This document shows positions 28,117 through 39,622 of a stretch of DNA of 41,921 nucleotides, piece after piece. A model generated the notes under the pieces. The model was not told where the DNA came from and ran no database searches. It was given only the letters and a program-made list of their open reading frames with translations. Position numbers and translations under genes: made by a program. Source of the DNA: Vitrella brassicaformis CCMP3155. Its lineage: Eukaryota; Protista; Chromerida. How positions within the stretch are numbered: position 1 is the first letter of the stretch; each line of letters starts with the position of its first letter. The DNA lies in the NCBI GenBank assembly GCA_001179505.1, contig CDMY01000618.1:1-41921 (forward strand), in the 5' to 3' direction.

Positions 28117-30417
28117 TCACACACTTGATGACCCGCTCTCAGCACCGTGATGCCCCTCCTTGACAGCAGCCGTACCCCCACCACTCGCATCCCGCTCGTC
28201 TGCACCGCTGTGCTGCTTCCTGAGCCTGGCCTCGAGTGCTGTGTCGATGCGCTCATCACTCGACGCCCACAGCCACCACACAACACCAATCAGATAATGA
28301 GCTATGCACTGCACACACAGATGCACACAGACAGGGGAACGACGAAGGCATGTGCTGTGGAGGTCTGTATGTGGGCGCTGCGCATCCCTGCTCTCATCAC
28401 TCACTCCCTCACCATAAAGAAGACCCATCGCCACCTATCGCCCACAGCCATTCCCGCCTCCTCGCCCTTCCTCAATAACCACCCCACAGTCGGCACCGAA
28501 ACGATCCCCCCGAGGTTGCAGAATGTGTTGCTTGTCCCGTACAGCAGCCCAGCCATCGTCGGCGCCATGTCCAAGTGCATCACATTTAGCGCTCCGTACC
28601 CCAGTGCATCGCTCCCAGTCGCCAGGGTGAGGAACAGTGTTGCGACGAGGGGCGAGGCGGCCTCGTAAGCAAGGCCCAGGATGGCCAGGGCGGCCGTCAG
28701 CATCGACACTGCCTGGATGAACCGGCGCACATGAATCACGCGCCATCTGGATGGAGAACAGCAAAGGAAGCAAAACAGAGATATTGATTGCCCAATTATT
28801 TTGTTGGCAGCGAGAAGGCACTGTCAACTAGCTCAGCTGCACACCAATTTACCCTTTTCGGATCATCATGTCGGCGAGCAGACCAGCGAAGGCACTGGCA
28901 ACCGCCATGGCCACATAGGGCAGTGACGAGAAGAACCCCAGCTCTGCATCAGAGACGGAGAACCGGTCGTTGATAAACGAAGGAGCCCACGTCATCAGCG
29001 CGATCTGTGTGCGGAGGAAAAGAAAAGAAAGGATCAGAACAAAGGTTTCAGACCGTTTCGTGTGGGCGTGCCGTTGGGTGCTCACCCTAGGTCCGCAGAC
29101 AGCGTAATGGCACCCGAGAAGAGCCCACACACTCCGATAAGACAGCAACGCAAACCACATCCGCAGTGTGTAACGCCACGTGTGCTTGGCAGCCTTTTGT
29201 GCAGGTGGACGCTCTCGTTTCCCCTCCATCGCCGCCTTGAGCCTCGCTTGCACAGGCAGGGTGCGCGGAGGGCGCTTCGGGGAGTCCTTCCTCTCTCGCA
29301 CGGGGAGTTTGGGGGCATCCAACGAAAGAAGGCCAGTCCGCTCGCCTTTGCGCGGACTGTCGTCAGCGGCAGCAGGGCTGTCTTGGGAGTCCATGTGGGG
29401 CCTGGTGGGGAGGGGTGGAGAGATGGCGTCCTCCGACGGGACGGAGGGGACGGGCTGTGGACTCATCAGCTCGTCGTCACTCTTGAGGCGATTCACCTCA
29501 GTGGGGCTGTTGTCCTCTTGCACCTTGCTGCTGGATGATTCGGCACACGTCCGAGTGCTCTCGCTCAGACCCCTCACACGCACCGACAGGCCGTCGCGGA
29601 TTTCACTCTTAGCGGCATCGCTAGTGGACTCCTTGCCGCCTAAAGAAAGCCCCGTCCAGAAGGGAAGCCACAGTAGCGTTGCGGCCGAGAAGAGGAAGAA
29701 GGGCAGGCTCCACTCAGGGAACCAGGTTTGCAACCAGCTGCTGCCTGTGTCTGCTGCTGCTGGTGGGACAACTTCCCCCTTCTTGCCGCCGACGAGAGGC
29801 GTGATGAAGAAGGCGGACACGAGCCCCACGTACAAGGCCGAGTGCGGGAGGGCAGAGGCAACCGACATGCTGGAGGGGGGGATGTGCCGGCTGACGAGTG
29901 AGTGGATGCTGGGATACATGGCGCCTTGCACAAGACCCATCGCGACTCGAACAACAATCAGGCCCCAGAGCCCAGAGTGGAGCGTCTGCATTGCATTCAG
30001 CGAATCAATGAATCAATGAACACAATTGCAAGCACACACGCTCCTTCGCTTGTGTGTTACCGTCGAAGGTGTGGCGGCACCGAGCAGGGCACTGCCGACC
30101 ACACTCACGGTCAGCACTTCCTTCGCAGAATAGTCAGCCACAGAGCCGCCGATGATCTGCGTCGACACGTAGCCCCAGAAGAAGGCTTGTAGCACAAAGC
30201 CCTGCTGCTGCTTGTCCCATCCCATCGAGCCGCTCATCGGAATGATGGCCGACGAAAGGATCATCCTCTGACACCACCACAAACAGCACAGCACCACAGC
30301 ACTTGACGCATGGATCTCCCTCCAATCACACACAACCTTTGTTGTGCGTACCTGCAGGAAGTTGAGGAACACGCCTATGCACACAAGGCAGAGCATCTTC
30401 ACCCATGATGACGACAT
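28117..30417 (-). CDS. MFS anion:cation symporter (SLC17/PHT4/sialin-like)
   Basis: NFLQRMILSSAIIPMS..GWDKQQQGFVLQAFFWGYVSTQIIGGSVAD, RVAMGLVQGAMYPSIHSL, TWAPSFI, HLDMAPTMAGLLYGTSNTF; long central loop. Confidence 0.9.
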
Positions 30418-30689
30418 TGGCGCTGGAAAGATAAGTTAACGATCAGATCTCCTCCAGTTGCTTCCCTCTCATCTGGGACCGAGCTCGGCCTCAATGGTGT
30501 AGGGTTTGGGTTTCAGGGTTTTGCCGAAAAGGGCGAATGCCCGGCCAAGGCCACCGCAGTGTTGTCAAGGGCGTCTAGGCTACCTGTCAGGCTTGACCAC
30601 CGGACTTTTGTAGGCTCTCAAACACCAGAGATCCGCTCCCCCTCTTGGATCGTCGTGCTCTGGGGCCGGAGAACAACGACAGGCGTAGA

Positions 30690-33158
30690 ATGGCCACGAC
30701 AGCTGCTTTCTTGTTGGTGGTGGTCTTGGCCGCTGGGGCCTACGCAAAAGATGCCACATCGAACCAGGGGGCTTCATTGAGAGGCCTCAAAGTGCCAGAA
30801 GGTGAGGAGCGTCTGGCAAGCCATCCATATGTCGCCCATCGGCGCCACCCCATCTGTTTTCTCTTTCTCCTTCCCATCCGTCAGGTTGCTACACCCCGGG
30901 CAAGGACTACGCGGGGTCCGATGTGGTGAACTGGAAGGACATCAGCTCCGCCGAGCACTGCCAGTCCAAGTGCCAGGCACACGCCAAGTGCGCCGTCTTC
31001 AACTACCGCGACAACGAGAAGGAGTGCTGGCTCAAGTCCGAGAAGGCCCTCGAGGGCAAACCGAAAGACGACCCGAGGGCCCTCACTGGGCCAAAGACAT
31101 GCTTCCCCGGTATGCATGCCGGAATCTTATGAGAGGGGGAATGAATGCCCCCTTGGGTTTTTCTTCTCTGTGTCGGTGTGTGTCTCGTTCGTTCATGGTG
31201 TGGCTGGCTGCCAGAGTGTTATGAGGAGGGCGTTCAGTTCGAGAGCAAGCTCGTGCTCAGGGTGCGTAACGTGCTGACAGCCGAGGCGTGCCAGCACCTG
31301 TGTCAGGGGAACAAGGAGTGCAACGCCTTCACCTTCGTCCCGCTGCAGATGCGATGCAAGCTGCACCGGTCGAAACAGAAGAAGACAAAGCAGACTGGGG
31401 ATGCGCTGACTATCTCTGGACCGAAACAGTGCAAAGGAGGTACGGATATATAAGGCAACGCAACCGGGGCAGACTAGACTGTGCCGTAGATAGAAGAGGG
31501 AGGGAGGGAGACATGGCATGAGTGTTGCTCTGCTACGGTTCATGTGTCACTGTCACTGGTGCATGAATGGAATGCCTGTTGTGTGGTCAGCTCCGCCCAT
31601 GCCTGACGCCCCGGACGCCCCGGACACTCCTGGTGCTCCGAACCCGGGCGGCCAGGAGAAGTTCCAGCTTACCACTAAGGACTCTTTCATCAAATTCGGC
31701 AAGTCGCAAGAAGGTATGTGTGCCTAGTTGTCCACTTGTGCCCACGAATGATACGAACTCATATATCTTCTCTGTGTCCCTCTCTCCACATATGTGCGTA
31801 TCCAGGCACTCTTCGTGCGTTGGCAGACAGCCGTAAGCTCTACATCGGCTCGGCCATCAACACGGCCAACATGAACGACCAAAAATACCTCCGCACCCTC
31901 GCTGAGCAGTACAACATGGCCGTCGCCGAGTGGGAATGCAAAATGTCAGAAATGGCGCCAAGCAACGGCAACAACATCAACTGGGGCCTCTGCGATAAGT
32001 CAGTACGATGGATGGCTAAGGAAGAAAGGAACGACCCATCCATCTGCATGTCTCTGTGTGTCGGCGTGTCTCAATAGGATAGCTGATTTCTGCGAAGCCA
32101 GTCGTATGGGGTTCCGCTACCACGCCCTGGCCTGGTACTATTCCATCCCGGGCTGGTTCAAGGGACTCAGCCCTAACGACAAGAAAACTGCCCTCAAGAC
32201 CTTCACCGACAAGGTGGTCGACCACTACGTTGACAAGGCCCTCTGGTGGGATGTCGCCAACGAAGGTGAGACAGGGACGGAGGGAGAGGGCGTCCAGGCA
32301 GACACAGTGCAGAGGCATGTTGCTGATGTTGGTGTGTGCACTCAGCTCTGAACGACAACCAGCCTGACGGTGGCAAGACCCCCAAGTACCGCGAAGACGG
32401 TGCCCTGTACCCCGCCATCCCCGACTGGGTGTCGTATTCCTTCCACCTCGCCCACAAGGCCCTGTCGGCCAAGGGCAAGCCATTCAAGCTCTACTACAAC
32501 GACTACGGCGTCGCCTCGATGGTACGCACTCACGACACACCGAGAGACACATGCGAGCACCATTCCCTCCATGTCTCTGGTCTGGTGGTTTGCCCAGGAT
32601 GGTTGGTCGAGCGGCAAGTCCAACGCCATGTTCAACATGGTCAAGGGTCTGGCCAAGGACAACTCCATCGACGGCGTGGGATTCCAGCTGCACATCAACA
32701 CCTACTACGACCTGGTCCCCGGTGTGCGCAAGAACATCCAGCGATACGGCGAGCTCGGCCTGGAAGTCCAGTTCACCGAGCTGGACGTGGGCTGCGGTGA
32801 GTGGCAGGCCCCCACTGGCGAAATGGTGGGCGGCGACAAATGGGTCCCATGCCCCGACTGGGACAACGGACAGGCTGCACGCCAGGTAGGTGGGGAGGGA
32901 GAGCGTGGAGCAGGCAGGCCACGGACGCATTTCTCACCTTACAGGTAGATGTATCCCTTGTCATTGCAGGCTGAGGTGTATTCAAGGCTGATGGCAGTGT
33001 GCCTGGAAGAGCCCAACTGCACCGCCTTCGTCATGTGGGGCGTCTCCGACAAGAACACGTGGCTCAAGAACTCCCGCCCACTCCTCTACGACGAGAACTA
33101 CGCGCAGAAGCCCGCCTGGTGGGCTGTGCACGACATGATGAAGAGCTACGGCAAGTAA
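30690..33158 (+). CDS. Secreted protein: signal peptide + 2 PAN/Apple domains + Pro/Asp linker + GH10 endo-beta-xylanase domain
   Basis: MATTAAFLLVVVLAAGAYA; CYTPGKDYAGSD..HCQSKCQAHAKCAVFNY..CWLK..LTGPKTC; CYEEG..ACQHLCQGNKECNAFTF..ISGPKQC. GH10 motifs VAEWECKM, RYHALAW, WDVANE (E at 32262-64), YYNDY, DGVGFQLH, FTELDV (E at 32778-80), WGVSDKNTW, PLLYDENYAQKPAW. Confidence 0.93.
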
Positions 33159-33725
33159 ACCCAGTCTCACCACACCAACTGCCTGCCTGTCTGCCTGAGG
33201 GGCCGGCGGGTGGGCCGTCTTTGATTATTGTGATTTTGGGGAAGGGGGCGGCCTGGGTTTGGTTTAATTGCATGGATTGGTTTGCTGGATCGATCTGCCC
33301 TAGAAGTAGGAACATATAGCGCCCGATTTTCCCCAGCTGGACCGCGCTATATCCTGACGACTGTGTGTGTGTGTGTGTGTGTGACTGCGCTAGTTGGCGG
33401 TTTTTGTAAGAGACACCCACACAACAATGCACTTTTTGTGAAAGGCACACAGCAACACACGGCAGACATACGACTGACATGTTTCTTGATGATTGATATA
33501 ATCATCCGCTCGGGTTCCGTTTGCTGACTGACGTGCGTGTTTCCTCGGGGGTGTGGTTAGATGTTAGTTCATGTGACACACGGACTGGAAAGGAACGCGA
33601 ACATTGCGATGAAGCGCATTCACACGTACGTCGACGTCATCAGTCCTCACACACCAGACGTACGCACGCAGACATTCTGTATCTCTCCGCCGGTCACAGA
33701 TGCGTGTATTCCTTTGTCCGTTTGT

Positions 33726-34697
33726 TCATTCTTCGTCGAGCTCTGGTGGGAATTCGAAGTGCTTGTTGATTTCCTCCAGCGGCGCGCCCTGCTCACGGGA
33801 CATCCATCGACGGGCCGTGATGATGTTGTCGGTCCTACACACACACACACACACACACAGAGGACACAGAGAGATAGGGAGCTCGTGCCTGTCGCTAGAC
33901 GAATGAGTGCATGTCTTACCATCTCTCGACGGCTTGTTTGGCCATGTCGATTTCCTGTCGCTTCTGCTGGATGGCACGGGGGTCGTTGGAACGGAACGCA
34001 GCCAGCGACTTGTCCAACTCCTGTCACACAGCACAACACCATGTCTCTCCTTGTCTTTCTCTTGTGCGTGTGAGTGTGACCTCCGTCTCCTGTTGCAGTG
34101 TGAGCATTTTGTCGAGGTTGGCCTTGTATGTCGCGTCACCGGCACTCTTGCGGGCCTCGTCCAGCTTGACCGACATCGACTCGAGCTCATCACGCAGACG
34201 AGCCTCCTCCTCACTGACACACAACAACTCGATGACACACACTGATGGCACAGAGACAGGAAGGCCGCCTCACCGCAACGAGGTGAGCAGCCTTTCCTGA
34301 GCCTTCTTCTGCTCAGATGGCAACGCCCTGCGCGGCCAGTCCACACACAGACACACAAAGAACGGCACATCCATGCACGTGTTTCGCCTGATGGATGGAG
34401 TTGGCTGACCACTAGATGTTGGATGCGCCGACTTTGTCTGTGAGTATGATGCCGTCTTTCACGAGCTCATTCACCACGTCCTTGACCGACTGAAGCACAA
34501 TCCCGACACCAGTAGCTGCACACAGACAGAGTGAGACACAATCAACCATGGGCAGCGGCGTGTGATCACTTACCGAGCTTCTCTAGTTGCTTCATGGTGA
34601 AGAATGACTTGCTCTTGTGCATGGCGTCGGTGAGTCTGCGCTTCTTCTCGTCGAACGAGAGGCCCTTGCCGCCCTTGCCTCCACCCTTGGGCGGCAT
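33726..34697 (-). pseudogene. MND1: MND1 meiotic recombination factor interrupted by in-frame TAG (pseudogene, null allele or sequence error)
   Basis: MPPKGG..KGLSFDEKKRRL..FFTMKQLEKLA..GIVLQSVKDVVNELVKDG..DKVGASNI*WALPSE..NDP..VERWTDNI..FEFPPELDEE*. TAG at 34414-34412; the rest splices in frame. Confidence 0.85.
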
Positions 34698-35193
34698 GCT
34701 GGTGTGACCGACAGCCGGATGGCCAGACGAATGAATCGGTCGAGCAAAGAGAGAAGAGACAAACAGTGAGTCAGTCAGTCAGTCGACCCAAGACGTCGTG
34801 GTGTACACGTATGCATGTGTCTAAATATTGGACGTCGATCGCTTGATGTCAGTGTGAGTGCCCCCATGTGATGGTCAGTGATCAGTCAGTCAGACGTCTG
34901 TGTCTCTTGGTCTGCCGTGTCTCTCTCTCTTCCTCTTTCTTCGTTCTGTCTGCGCTCTCATAAGCAAACTTCCTGGTGCAACTAGTACTTACTGTGGGCA
35001 TTCACTTGTGTAATATTGTGGGGTGGAAAGGAAAGCAAATGCACTGAAAGGAAAACAACGAGGAAAGATGAGTAAACAAGAGTGCATGTACTCGTCTCCT
35101 TCCCCCACAAGCCATCCATGCCAGTGATGCCCCACAGCCCCACAAAGGACACTGATGAGTGTCTTTTACTTGAAGGCAAAATGAAGATATCGA

Positions 35194-38100
35194 TCATAGC
35201 TGGGCTTGATGTCCATCCACACTGACACGCACATCATCCGCTGTCACAGCTGACCGCGTTAGAAAAGGCCAAAACGCGCTCTTGCCATGCCCTCTCGTGG
35301 AGCCATCCCTACTCCGATCGGCCCCCTCCACCATTTTGCAGCCGCCTTCTCTGCCTCTCTCCCGTGCCCCCTTTTTCTGCAGCATATAAGTGAAATCGGT
35401 GTCTCCCCCAGACGGGGGAGTGTCGATCCATCGTTCCAGATCGTCGCACCAAAGACATGGGTCGCCCATCACCAGGGTGAGGAACTGCTCCAGGGCTTTG
35501 ACACGTCCCGAGCTCTCCGACCCTTTGTGATGATTGGCAATGCCCGTCAGACCAAGCTGAAGCCGGGAAGGTAAAGTGGGCAGCAGCAGGAAAGGGAACT
35601 TGGCCTCTAGGGTCGCTCTTAGAGTCTCGAAATCAGCCCATGTCTTGAACAGTCGCCTGGTCTGTGTGTCGACCTTCATCTCGATGGCATATCGACAACC
35701 ACGGTAGGGGAGGTGCTGTCGAGGGCTGCGTGGAGTGTCTTCTGCTGCGTTTGTTGAAGGATAGACATGTCTCGGAGAGTGCGAGGGCGTAGGCAGTGAG
35801 GAGTCGCTTGTGTCCGTCGCTCGTCTGGAGCGTCTCGATGACACGTCTCCAGCGATCTCCGTGACAACAATGTTGCTGACGAAGTGGTTACGGCGCCTGA
35901 ACGTGTGCAAATCAGATATACGGAAGAGACAAGACGGCAACACGAAGCGTTGTGCCATACCAGGTGCCCTGATAGTAGTATGCCTTGACGAGGTAATCGA
36001 TGTGCGCCGGATTCGGCGCGTTGACGAACGCCAGCAGAGCAGCGGGAGACGTCTCCCCGACAGCATTCAGAAATCCCTGCATGTCGTCTCTCCTTCTCTC
36101 CATTTGCTTGTCAAACCGCACGTATCTCCCACTCCCGCACGGCGGCCGCGCAAACAGCCGCCGAAATTGCCCCATCTCACTTTTTCCTTCTACGCTGGGC
36201 CCGCCATCTCTTACGCTTCGCCACAGCTCAGCAAAATCTGTCCATCTCTTGCCAACACATTTGAGACTGAGCCTGTCCGGTCCGACAAGTCTTACAACGA
36301 AGACCTCGAAGAGCCGTCGTGTCATCGCTTCTTTGAGCAGGAGGGGCTGACTGTCCAATTCGACATTCACTTTGGCGAACAGCATACAGGCGTGGTTGTT
36401 GACCTTGTCGAACTTTGTTTGACCTTGTCTACCACACCGATCTCCTGTGCACTCGCTCTCATTGTCCTCTCCTCCTCTCGTTGGTGAGACTGGCTTCTTC
36501 CCAAGTGAGGCTTTGTGCTCGTCATCCTTAACGGGCGCATGGCGGGGCTGGCTGTCAGTGAGAAGGAAGGAGCTTCCAATGTCCGCCAAATCCAGCTCTG
36601 TAACGGCCACGGCAAAACAAGGATGAGACGAGATATTCATGTTCCCATCGGCTTACCTCCGATCGACGATGGACATGGCCTGATCAACACCGAGCTGGTC
36701 GAAAGGAAGGATGGCATCGTGAGGGGCAGCGCGGCTTCCCCATTCATGTCGTCATCATCGTCGGCACTCGACAACTCCCCTTGCTCATCATCCTCCGAAA
36801 AGACCCCAGGGCTCTCCTTGACCCGACCTGCAGCTCGTGTGTGGTGTGTGAATGCCGGATGGCTGGCGAGGGCGGGGGACGAGAGATGTTTGGGCAGTGG
36901 GGGCGAAGGAGATGAATGGCAAGGGGGGCTTGGCGGTCCCGCTTGGTCGTGTCTCCGATCATTCCCCACGCACACCTCCCTCACGACCAGCGGTGATGGA
37001 TCTCCGTTGTCCCCTTCAAGCTCCTCCGGGACCGTGGTGAAGGCACTCACTCGGCCAAAGTGGCTGCAAGTTCTCTCACCCTCATCCATAGCTCTCTCGA
37101 CATCACGGCTTTCTAGAGGCAGCTGCGTCATCATGGTGGCTTTCCCTGTCGACCTCTTTAGCTCCGTCACCCATCGATCGCGCCCAGCGACAGATCCAGC
37201 CCTGAAGTAGAGAGGCGCCCTCAGATGCGTCTGGCCGATGCTTGGAGGGAGACCATGGCCGCTGAGCAGCTCTTGTGTCGGTTCATCCTTCTGGCTGGAT
37301 TGGCCCCTTGAGATGGGAAGCGGGTCAGGGGGTGGCGGTGCGGGGACAATCTCAAAACCTTCAGGACAGACGGCGGCGAGGGCTGACGCCTCTGGCGATG
37401 CATCGCGGTCCTGAAGTCACAGATGCGGGGATGACTGCATTTTGGTTTAGTGTGTCTCTCCACAAATGTTTCGTTGTACGGTGAAGAGATGGATCGATGC
37501 CCCGATGAGCGGGATCTCCGTGAGAGGCGCGCCCTCGACAGGCGACTGGTACGTCAGAGTGTCTTTCGATATGCAACAAAATGTCTGCTGCCAGGCTTTC
37601 GCAATCCCGCACCTGACCGCCAGACACCGCACAGAAACACCACATCTCTCGTATTACGGGACATCCACTTAGCTGTCGTCACCGGTTCACCTTTTGTCCA
37701 GCCATCCCTGAAACCCCTGCGCCCATGACCTGTCTCTGGCGTCTCGACCTCTTTTGCCGATCAGACCGAAAGCCCTCCTCTGATGCGCCAATGGGGTGAG
37801 CGGGCCTCGCAAATGTCCCTCATCTCTCCCTGCTTCATTTGGTGCCGGAAATGAAATACATGGGCGTCGAGGAGTCGTCTCAGATGTCCCGGAGCTGACC
37901 TCAGATGGTGCATCACCAGGACGGCTCTCCGATGCTCGGAGTTTAGAAGCCACTTCAGATAGACAGATACATAGGCATACAATGCAATGCTGGAGGCATA
38001 GATGTCTCTTGCCTACAAATGTCAGAAGACAGGGAAGTCAGCGCCTTGCTCGCTCCTTTGTGCGTGTGGAAGCGTGGCCGCAGACTCTCTGAGTCAGCTC

Positions 38101-39503
38101 GTGGCGGGCCTCCAACGTCTTCCAGCAATATCTGCCGCAGTGCAGCTTTCCGGTGGCGATGATGGCGCCTGCCGTGCCGTCGAGTGGTGGCGCGGTCAGC
38201 CCGGAATAAATGATACCTTCAGGCATGGATAGATTCGTATAAGCGGGAACATAACCACACCAAAGTGCCATTACCAGTTTCCAAACGCGTCGGAGGGCGC
38301 CGGCGAAGTGCGTGAGTCGAGAGACGGGTCTCCAGTTGCGAGTCCGGCCTCAATGGCCTCTTGGTACATCACATCGATCGCCTGTAGTCAATGTCTCGAT
38401 CGTCTATTTAGGTGTCTGTGCTGCATAGTGTCTGTGTCTCACGTACCTGGAAGTTTGGGGCTCTTCGCGGCGACAGTGGGACAACGCTCGGGCGCCGGAC
38501 GACAATCACAGTCCAGTCACCGTCGTCGGGAAACGCCGCAAGGATACCTGTGGATGACAGTCAGTCATTTCCTGCATCTCATTGCCCAGAAAAGCCCTGT
38601 ATGTCTCTCACCGATGAGGACAGCCGCGATGGAGCCAACCAGCGTTGCGAAAACGCCGCACTGGCGAAGCCACTGCGGCACGCTCTTCGCAGTCGGGACG
38701 TGATTGTGGTGGTGCGACGAAGCGGGAAGGCCAACTTCAACTAATGCATAAAACCACGCCAGGTGAACAAAGGCCTGGACCGCCCAAAACACGCGGGGAG
38801 CCTGATGAGAGCACACAAGACGTGCGCCAGCGCATGTGTGTCTCCCCACGTGTGTCTTCGCTTGTTTTTGTACGATGGTCTTTGAGACACCATCCTTGAC
38901 AACCCAGAGAAAACACAGCGCCTGACACGCGAGAAGTGAATCAATCGATATCCATTCATACTTAACAGAGCGGATGCCGCCCCTTCTGCGTACCCACAGT
39001 GCGACTTGCAGCATAACTGACATGTTGGTATCGAACGCGCCCCAACCAACGGCGGGGCTCCCAAACACGACCACACGAAGCTGCAACGACACAAATGACA
39101 TGTCTGCCGTGATGTGGACGGACGCTTTTATGTACCTACCAAGAGAGCAGCGGATGCGATGGCCATGAAGAGGGTGAGTCGCAGATACCGCCGCCCGAGA
39201 CAAAAGTACTGGAGGACGTACACATGCCTGCACACACCACGGCCGACACACAGATAGGACGCTGCTGTGCCGGCCATGCATCTCATGTGCGGCTTTCGTC
39301 TGTGCCTGCTTTGGTGGATGAGAAGTGCAAAGAGGATGACGCCCAGCAGGTCGGCTGGGATGCACACGAGGAAGCTGACCTCACAAAAAGACAGGCTGAG
39401 CCACTGCTGCGAACAAGAGAGAAATCGATGAGTCCGCTTCTCTTGCAATGTGCACTGTCGTGACCCGGCTTACAAATGGCCCTGTGCAGAGCAGCCCTGT
39501 CAT
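35194..39503 (-). CDS. N-terminal multi-TM region + PH domain + two PX-like domains
   Basis: About 12 exons join in frame. Hydrophobic N-terminus (EVSFLVCIPADLLGVILFALL; LRLTLFMAIASAALL; VFWAVQAFVHLAWFYAL). PH: GWLDKRCGIAKAWQQTFCCISKDTLTY..EIPLIGASI..LYFRAGSVAGRDRWVTELKRS. PX-like: KRWTDFAELWRSV..ERRRDDMQGFL and KTWADFETLRATLEAKFPFLLLPTLP..RVKALEQFL. Start ATG 39503 or 39584. Confidence 0.72.
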
Positions 39504-39622
39504 TGCAGCGGAAATATGGCCCCGAGGCGTCTTTGGGGGCGTCTGAGCTTGCGAAGAAGCCGCCTGCCAGCAGCATCTGCCCATTTGTTGCCCCCACCAC
39601 CCGCCCCATCACACAGCACACC

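Noticed and set aside
18773-34414. Stop-codon reassignment or selenocysteine to explain the in-frame TGA (18773) and TAG (34412)
   Set aside because: TAG and TGA terminate other intact genes here (3914, 12134, 14505, 27828); no SECIS was recognised and neither context is redox-like.
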